Under the pieces are notes generated by a model. It ran no database searches and was not told where the DNA came from. It worked only from the letters and a program-made list of their open reading frames with translations. A stretch of 22,029 nt of DNA from NCBI GenBank assembly GCA_018238625.1, contig JABCSY010000067.1, forward strand, positions 1 through 22,029, given 5' to 3'. The DNA is from Promethearchaeota archaeon. Its GTDB lineage: Archaea; Asgardarchaeota; Lokiarchaeia; Sigyniarchaeales; SOKP01. Made by a program: the position numbers and the translations under genes. The number at the start of each line of letters is the position of its first letter. The first letter of the stretch is position 1. Shown in pieces: positions 1 through 6,329 of this stretch.

Positions 1-159
1 CCCATAGTAGACTTTCACTGCCTAGCTATTACCCATGCCAGGCGCAATAATTTAGCAAATCATTCCCTATGTTTTTATATTTTATTGGTAATAAATTGCC
101 CAATAATCACATATATGTACTATTTCCATTCGAATCAATCCCTATTAAATTCATATAAT

Positions 160-609
160 TTATCGTTCAAAATCTATTCGTATCTTTTTTAAAAACAGAA
201 TAATAATAGCAAGCACTATCCATACAATTCTCAATCTAACTGCAGAACTACTACTTAGCAATGATGCTTGGGATGCAATAATAAAGGAAATGATCATAAC
301 AGAAAAAGAATCATATATTTTTATTGTTTCCTTGAACATCCTTATCCACATAAAAATAAATAAACAAAAAAGTAGCACTCCATATTCAACTAGTATCTCC
401 ACCCAAAAATTATGTAAATTAGTTCCACTAATTAATATACTCTGACCTGGACCCATTCCCATATAAAAATATTTATGCATGCTATTCAAAGCTGAAATAA
501 TCCAATATTTTCTACTAATATCACTACCTATATTTCCCAAACTATATGGTAGATTTATTTCAATCAACCCGATAATTTCATTATACAAAATAATTAATAC
601 TAAGAATCC
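160..609 (-). pseudogene. C-terminal fragment of an O-antigen ligase/polymerase (WaaL/Wzy-like) membrane protein
   Basis: Contains 'SR..YW..AL...KYFYMGMGPGQ....TNLHNFWVEILVEYG', matching the WaaL/Wzy G-x-G...HN...L.E.G loop motif, followed by TM helices. The frame stays open and hydrophobic upstream of the TTG at 588 (GFLVLIILYN) but reaches a stop at 645-643 inside the next gene, so only ~150 aa of a normally ~400-aa protein are present. Confidence 0.65.
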
Positions 610-630
610 AGATTTGTAAAGTGGAATAAA

Positions 631-1536
631 ATGAGTAAATTTCTAAAAGCCAATGAAATTATTAATAAAGGTTCAGAATCTCGATATAATTTTCAATTTT
701 TATCAAAAATGCAAATATTTAGCCGAACTACTGGCACAACTAGACATGGAAAACCCTATCTTGTCATTTCAATGAGAGATATAACTGGAAATATTTCAAA
801 TATAAAGAAATGGATTGATAACAATGACGATCTTGAAAAATATCAGGAGATTTTAAAAATTGGAAATGTTGTAGAAATAACCGGGGAATTTAATAAGGAA
901 TATAAAAGTGTTACAATTATTAATACGAAAGTAATAGATCCTGAGGATTATGAACTTAAAGAATTTGTCGATTTACCTTTTATTGATGAAGATCTATTAA
1001 TCAAACAATTATTTGATACTATTTCAAAAATTCAAAATAAATATCTAAAAAATCTTATAGAAAATATTTTTAATGATGAGGAAATAAAAAATAAGTTTTT
1101 TGAATGTCCATCTGCGATAAAACATCATCATTCTTATAGATGTGGTAATTTAGAGCATACAATAGGGATGATAAATGTATTTAGAAATTTTGAGGATTTT
1201 TATAATAGAAACACCGAACTTAATGTTGATTTAATTTATGCAGGAATTATTTTACATGATATCGGTAAAATATATGAATATGAGATATATAATGGAATTC
1301 CTATGAAGACAAGTAATTCATTAATTGGACATCACAGTCTAGGTTTTCAATTAGTCTCAAGATTTATTAATGAAATAAGTGATTTCCCAAATGACTTAAA
1401 AAACAGAATCTTACATATAATTTTAAGTCATCATGGGCGAAAGGAATGGGGTTCACCTGTAGAACCTCAATTTTCCGAGGCAGAGATAGTACATTATTTA
1501 GATATGATTGATTCCAGATTTAAATCACAATCATAA
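631..1536 (+). CDS. yhaM: YhaM/Cbf1-like 3'-5' exoribonuclease (N-terminal OB fold + HD domain)
   Basis: OB-fold start 'TTRHGKPYLVISMRDITGNI'; HD-domain motifs 'PSAIKHHHSYRCGNLEHT', 'ILHDIGKIYEY', 'LIGH', 'ILSHHGRKEWGSP', 'EAEIVHYLDMIDS'. Confidence 0.85.
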   Translation: MSKFLKANEIINKGSESRYNFQFLSKMQIFSRTTGTTRHGKPYLVISMRDITGNISNIKKWIDNNDDLEKYQEILKIGNVVEITGEFNKEYKSVTIINTKVIDPEDYELKEFVDLPFIDEDLLIKQLFDTISKIQNKYLKNLIENIFNDEEIKNKFFECPSAIKHHHSYRCGNLEHTIGMINVFRNFEDFYNRNTELNVDLIYAGIILHDIGKIYEYEIYNGIPMKTSNSLIGHHSLGFQLVSRFINEISDFPNDLKNRILHIILSHHGRKEWGSPVEPQFSEAEIVHYLDMIDSRFKSQS

Positions 1537-1604
1537 GCTTTCTTTAATTTTGTATCTTATCAAAATTTTTTCTTTTTAAGTTTTTAATTTAAGATACATT
1601 CATA

Positions 1605-1892
1605 ATGGACTCTAAGACTAGAGAAGATCCGTTTGACCTTAACTTCAAGAAGAGAGTTAAAATAAAGGATTTCTTAGTCTTTAAAGAATCGAACGACGAC
1701 CAAGATTGCTATACGATCAAACAATTCGAAAAAACAAAAGAGCAGAACCTTGAAGTTCTACAATTCATCCAGAGAACGATTAATAGCAATCCAGACATGA
1801 ACTCGAGTCAAGTAAAAGATTACTTAAAGCGCCAACGGTACTTTATTAAGCTATATTTGAAAGAAGTCAACAAAGAGCCTTCTGATAGGTAA
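1605..1892 (+). CDS. Hypothetical protein (95 aa)
   Basis: ATG-initiated ORF with a TATA-like TTTTTAAG (1573-1580) about 25 nt upstream and a T-tract after the stop; no recognisable motif. Confidence 0.65.
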   Translation: MDSKTREDPFDLNFKKRVKIKDFLVFKESNDDQDCYTIKQFEKTKEQNLEVLQFIQRTINSNPDMNSSQVKDYLKRQRYFIKLYLKEVNKEPSDR

Positions 1893-1969
1893 TTTTTTCT
1901 AATTTTTTTTTAAATACACGTGAGGTTTTTAACAGTAAAAAAACATAAATTGTAAAAAAATAAAGTAAA

Positions 1970-2239
1970 ATGAGTTCACAAGCAGAAAAGAAAGAAAACC
2001 GCGAATCGCTCTTATTAGAGATTTTGGAGTACGACAATATCGAAATTATCCTCTCGAAAATAATAGTCCCTTTTTCCAAGTTTGAGAAAGCCTCAAGCGC
2101 TCCCGACCTATATTCTGGGAGCGAGAAAATGCCATTCGAAGCGCGCGACCCGTTATACAAGAGCGCGATGAGGCAAGAATTTGCCGACGCAATAAAAAAC
2201 ATGTTTTTTATATCAGGCGATCAGCCGGATCGACTATAG
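1970..2239 (+). CDS. Hypothetical protein (89 aa)
   Basis: ATG after an A-rich leader; protein-like charged composition; its 3' end overlaps the convergent gene by 32 nt. Confidence 0.55.
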   Translation: MSSQAEKKENRESLLLEILEYDNIEIILSKIIVPFSKFEKASSAPDLYSGSEKMPFEARDPLYKSAMRQEFADAIKNMFFISGDQPDRL

Positions 2240-2690
2240 GTTTATTACCAAACATAGCATAAAATTCTTCTTCAGTTAAATCTTTTGGATTTTTGTAGGA
2301 CACGAGTTTTTTAACAGCAAAAGAGCAATAATCCATTCCATATTTCTTCTCAAACAGATTGGGAAATTTTGGTAATAAATCGTACCATAAGGCCTCGTAA
2401 TCGTCGTTGTTAAAACCGCAAACGTTACAGAAATTTATTAGCATTTCTGTTTCTTTATCACAGTTAATTGGATAATCCCCGTTATCGTAGTATAATCTTT
2501 CAGCTACACGATAATAAGTTTGACCATTTAAATTATCAGTATTATCATTCGTATTTTCTATAAGCTCAAATAACTCTTCTCCAATGTGTTTATATGCTTC
2601 AATTAACTCTAAGGACAGCATACTTTTGTATTCTTCGAGAGCGATGGTAGTTATTAAGTTTTTAAACTTTTCCTTGCTTATTTTGATCGT
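2208..2690 (-). CDS. Hypothetical acidic protein; probably starts upstream of the track's ATG (2621), at ACG 2690 (160 aa)
   Basis: The frame is open from 2702 to 2208. Upstream of ATG 2621 it reads (ACG)IKISKEKFKNLITTIALEEYKS-M. An SD-like GAGGT (2702-2698) lies 7 nt before the ACG. The gene is well supported; the start is inferred. Confidence 0.65.
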   Translation of the reverse strand, partial: TIKISKEKFKNLITTIALEEYKSMLSLELIEAYKHIGEELFELIENTNDNTDNLNGQTYYRVAERLYYDNGDYPINCDKETEMLINFCNVCGFNNDDYEALWYDLLPKFPNLFEKKYGMDYCSFAVKKLVSYKNPKDLTEEEFYAMFGNKPIVDPADRLI

Positions 2691-2751
2691 TTTAATTACC
2701 TCTTATTTAACCTACATCCACGGATTAATAAATTTATTGTATTTTTAATGA

Positions 2752-3327
2752 TTAATCCTTAGTCCGTTGATCTAACAGAAACTTTAACTCCAGTTGGTAG
2801 TAATAATTCTCGTTTTTTAGCACGGTTAAAATTCCTTGCTTTTTAAAACTTTTAATAAGTAATTTTAATTCCAAAGCCGGAATTCCGTAATTATCTGCCA
2901 TGATCTCGAGCAGGTATTTGGGAAATTTACCGTATAACTTTGAAAGTTCGAGCAGAACCTCGCTAAACGGTTCTTCAAAATCTTTTTTATTGTCGCTATC
3001 TCTTTCGCTATCTGATAGAACTTTTCTCTTACTTTTTTTAGCAGGGGTTTGAGTTGGAGTTTTGGTTGTAGCAACAACGAAATCGCCTTCCGACCTGAAC
3101 TCTGGAGTCGCAAGTTCGGTTTGTTTCTGTTTTACTACCTCTACAGCAGCGGTCATTCCATAAATTATTTCCCCTAGACTTAACAAGTTTTTTACTTGGT
3201 GCGTTCGACCGCAGCGCAAGCACTTCTTAGTTTTCTGGGTGGTTTTGACGTAGGAATATTGTCTGCATTTTTTGCAAGTAAAAACCAAATAAGGAGTTTC
3301 GTCTCTTTTAAAAGCTATTTCTTCCAT
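2752..3327 (-). CDS. DUF1922-like Zn-ribbon protein with C-terminal winged-helix-like domain
   Basis: 'YLVFTCKKCRQYSYVKTTQKTKKCLRCGRTH' (CxxC...CxxC); low-complexity linker; C-terminal 'IPALELKLLIKSFKKQGILTVLKNENYYYQL' resembles a wHTH recognition helix plus wing; 13 nt downstream of hef. Confidence 0.75.
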   Translation of the reverse strand: MEEIAFKRDETPYLVFTCKKCRQYSYVKTTQKTKKCLRCGRTHQVKNLLSLGEIIYGMTAAVEVVKQKQTELATPEFRSEGDFVVATTKTPTQTPAKKSKRKVLSDSERDSDNKKDFEEPFSEVLLELSKLYGKFPKYLLEIMADNYGIPALELKLLIKSFKKQGILTVLKNENYYYQLELKFLLDQRTKD

Positions 3328-3340
3328 TTTTTATTCGCTT

Positions 3341-5614
3341 TCAACCTTTATTTTTTTCTTTTTTCGAGTGTAGATATATGTTTTTTAAGATAAAATACAG
3401 TTCTTCGGGGTTGTCGATCGGGATCGCTTGTAAATCGTTTTGTTTGCCCCAAGCCTTTATTTTTTGCTTGAGCAACCTTTCTTCTTCCGAAAATTCCTCG
3501 TTGAAATCTACGAAATCGAAAACTGAAACTATTAGGTGGTATTTTTTACTCAATAGAGTATTTTTTTTTAAGAGCAAATCTCCCTCGAATTGGTGAGGGT
3601 CTATAACTTGAATTATTACGCGGTCGAACAAATTTAGGTGAATTATCGAGTTCACGATCGCGAAGGGGATTTTGTCGCGTTGGAGCTTCTTCCTCACGCC
3701 AAATTTAACGGAAAAAGACCGACTTATTTTAATTTCAACGCTCAAAGGTATTTCTTTTTTTACATTTGGAGTTTTTTCCACGCTAGGAGTTTTTTGAAAG
3801 TACGATTGTAAATTGGCTTGCTTTTGGTAGCTGCTAATTGTTTTCGCTTTTTCGAGCGGTTCTTCTTCTATTTCTGATAATTTTGGAACTTTTGATATTA
3901 TTGGTACTTCCGTTAATCGTACTTTTGGTATTTTTTGTATTAATCTCGGTTCAGCTGTAATTTCTACGGGAGTTTGCGAACTATCGTACGATGTTTTTAA
4001 TTGCTTCCCGCTTTTAAGGTTATAGTTCATCTTTTTTAGCTTGTTTAGGGCGATGTGCATGTAAATTTCGTCGTGTGTGTTCTTACAATAAAGGATAATT
4101 ACCTTACCTTCTCGATGCCGCGCGGTCCTTCCTTTTCTTTGGATAAACCTTATCTCTGACGCCACCACGTCGTAAAATATTACTAAATCGCACTCTGCTA
4201 TGTCAAGTCCTTCTTCTCCAACGTTAGTGGAAATTAATACGTTGTATTGCCCTTGTTTGAATTGCTCCAGTATTTCCAGTTGTTTTTTCTGAGATAACCC
4301 TTTATCGGTTTTAGATTTGTTCGATTGCCCTACGAATCGAGCGGCTTTAATTAATCCATCTGTTCTCGATGTTAATTTAGTTGCTATGTTTTTTACAGAG
4401 TCCCGAAGCTTAACGAACACTAAGACTCTTGAAGGCGGGTTTTTTTCAAATTCTTGAACTAACAACTTTTCTAACAAATAGAATTTAGGGTGAACTAATT
4501 TTTTAGGATAGTAATCTTCGTTTTTTTTAAGTTCTATAAATATTTGATTTATCCTATGGTCAGAGGCAAGTATTTTTACCGCTTTCGAGCTATTTTTTTT
4601 GCGAGCGTCTTGCTTAACTTTCGTTAGGTAGATCAACAAAACATCTAGACCTTGTTGTTCGATTAGCTCGAGCATGTGAAAAAGAATTAACCCTTGAGCG
4701 TTAACGGAAAGGGCGCTGTATACGCCCGTTTTATCGCCGTCTCCTTGAATTAATCTAACCAATTCGGCGTTGAGCTTTAACAAGTCCTTTCGGATCACCT
4801 TAGTGTAAAGACTATCAGCCTTGACGCTTAAAAATCCTAATTGCGATAGGTACTGTAACCTCTGTTCTAAAAGGCTTTGAACGGCGACGTAAGTTTCCTC
4901 CATTAATTCGGTCAAATTTACGCCGATTTTATAAATGTCCATAGGTTTTAAATAAGTTTTTACGTCGACATCTTTTCTCGTGCGCGTGTGTATGTTTTCC
5001 AGAGGAACGTGTAAGTTTTTACAGAGAACTCTAATTTTCTCTTTTGTAGATCCAGGGCTAGCCGTTAAGCCTAAAATCGTCCCTTCGGGATTTTGGTCTA
5101 CATACTCATCTGCTATCAAAGTGTAAGCGTAATCTCCAGATGCATGGTGCGCTTCATCGAATATAATTAAGCAAACACCATCCAAAGTGTATTTCCTATT
5201 AGCCAAATCGTTTCTTAGAGTTTGCGGCGTGTAAAAAATTATTTGGTTCTCTCGAAAAAAATCTATTCTTTTTTCAGGAGGAATTTTGCCAGTCAAAACT
5301 ACGAATTGCTCTTCTGGGATCGTCATTAAGCTCCTAAAAGAATCGTAGTGTTGGTTAATTAAAGGTCGCGTAGGGGCTAATACTATTACCTTGCTTTTTG
5401 GGGGAAACAGTTCTAAAACTTTTGCGGCAACATAGACTCCAATTATAGTTTTTCCCAGACCAGTTGGGAGCACCACCAACGAGTTTTTTGACGCGCAATC
5501 TTGAGCTATTTTCAGCTGGTATTCCCTGTGCTCTATCTGCTTTTCTCGCAAATATTTATTCTTGGAATTTTTAACACCGTTTTTTCCTTCTCGTGTTTCT
5601 TCTATTTCGATCAT
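3341..5614 (-). CDS. hef: Hef/FANCM/Mph1-family SF2 DEAH helicase with a degenerate C-terminal ERCC4-like domain
   Basis: Q motif REYQ, Walker A LPTGLGKT, LAPTRPL, IIFDEAHHASG, GLTASPG, RFVGQ, STNVGEEGLDIAECD, QRKGRTAR; SD AAGGAG 6 nt before the ATG. Confidence 0.92.
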   Translation of the reverse strand: MIEIEETREGKNGVKNSKNKYLREKQIEHREYQLKIAQDCASKNSLVVLPTGLGKTIIGVYVAAKVLELFPPKSKVIVLAPTRPLINQHYDSFRSLMTIPEEQFVVLTGKIPPEKRIDFFRENQIIFYTPQTLRNDLANRKYTLDGVCLIIFDEAHHASGDYAYTLIADEYVDQNPEGTILGLTASPGSTKEKIRVLCKNLHVPLENIHTRTRKDVDVKTYLKPMDIYKIGVNLTELMEETYVAVQSLLEQRLQYLSQLGFLSVKADSLYTKVIRKDLLKLNAELVRLIQGDGDKTGVYSALSVNAQGLILFHMLELIEQQGLDVLLIYLTKVKQDARKKNSSKAVKILASDHRINQIFIELKKNEDYYPKKLVHPKFYLLEKLLVQEFEKNPPSRVLVFVKLRDSVKNIATKLTSRTDGLIKAARFVGQSNKSKTDKGLSQKKQLEILEQFKQGQYNVLISTNVGEEGLDIAECDLVIFYDVVASEIRFIQRKGRTARHREGKVIILYCKNTHDEIYMHIALNKLKKMNYNLKSGKQLKTSYDSSQTPVEITAEPRLIQKIPKVRLTEVPIISKVPKLSEIEEEPLEKAKTISSYQKQANLQSYFQKTPSVEKTPNVKKEIPLSVEIKISRSFSVKFGVRKKLQRDKIPFAIVNSIIHLNLFDRVIIQVIDPHQFEGDLLLKKNTLLSKKYHLIVSVFDFVDFNEEFSEEERLLKQKIKAWGKQNDLQAIPIDNPEELYFILKNIYLHSKKEKNKG

Positions 5615-5650
5615 TTTTTTCTCCTTTGAACTAGATTAGATTAAATTTGA

Positions 5651-6226
5651 TTAGATTAATAGGATTGCGTAATCGCCTATTTTAAGTCGAGAAAACGACC
5701 TTTTGCTTCTATCGTAAGATAAGATCAAGTTACCCACGTCTACTGCCAATTTTGAAGGGTAGACCAAACCGTTCCCTTTACTTTCGAAAAAATACGGGTG
5801 GACTTTCTTGAGCTCTTTTACCTTTCTGGAAAGTTCAGTGCCGTTTCTTTTCAGGTCGAACCCTTTGCCAATTTTTACGCGTCGAAAAAAGTAGATGATG
5901 TCGCTTAGTAATTTAACCTGGTCTCGAGATAACTCGATTTCTTTAGCCTCGAGAACGCTATCGTCTTTAACTTCGGATTTAGCCTTTAAAACAAGGTAAG
6001 TTTTGTCGTTTTTCCACTTTTTACAAAGAACATAACCTTCAAAGGCTGAATTAAATAGTCGTTGGAATCGAAAAATAAGCTTTAAAACGTCTTCTAATTC
6101 GCTTCTAGATAATTTGAGGTATTCGGCTAACTTATCGAGATTAAATAAGCTATTTTTTCGGACTTGGAACTTTTCTAAAGCCAATAGGACCTGATTTAAC
6201 TGTTTAATTTTTGCGCTCTGAGCCAT
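5651..6226 (-). CDS. Basic hypothetical protein, probably two HTH/winged-helix domains
   Basis: 'NLDKLAEYLKLSRSELEDVLKLI' is HTH-like; a second unit 'ELSRKVKELKKVHPYFFESKGNGLVYPSKLA' looks like helix plus wing; 36 nt upstream of hef on the same strand. Confidence 0.65.
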   Translation of the reverse strand: MAQSAKIKQLNQVLLALEKFQVRKNSLFNLDKLAEYLKLSRSELEDVLKLIFRFQRLFNSAFEGYVLCKKWKNDKTYLVLKAKSEVKDDSVLEAKEIELSRDQVKLLSDIIYFFRRVKIGKGFDLKRNGTELSRKVKELKKVHPYFFESKGNGLVYPSKLAVDVGNLILSYDRSKRSFSRLKIGDYAILLI

Positions 6227-6329
6227 TACTACCTAAATTTGTCGTGAGAATAAAAAGGAAAAATTTTAGATTAAGGATTAAAAGACTTAGATAGAAAAAA
6301 AAGAAACTAAATTTATTTTGATTTGAATT

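Noticed and set aside
82-129. Minus-strand MEIVHICDYW, resembling a glycosyltransferase N-terminus after the WaaL/Wzy fragment
   Set aside because: Stops after 15 codons with no convincing continuation in other frames.
1867-3596. ORFs 1867-2202, 2865-3113, 3038-3223, 3196-3393, 3378-3596
   Set aside because: They overlap better-supported genes and show no motifs.
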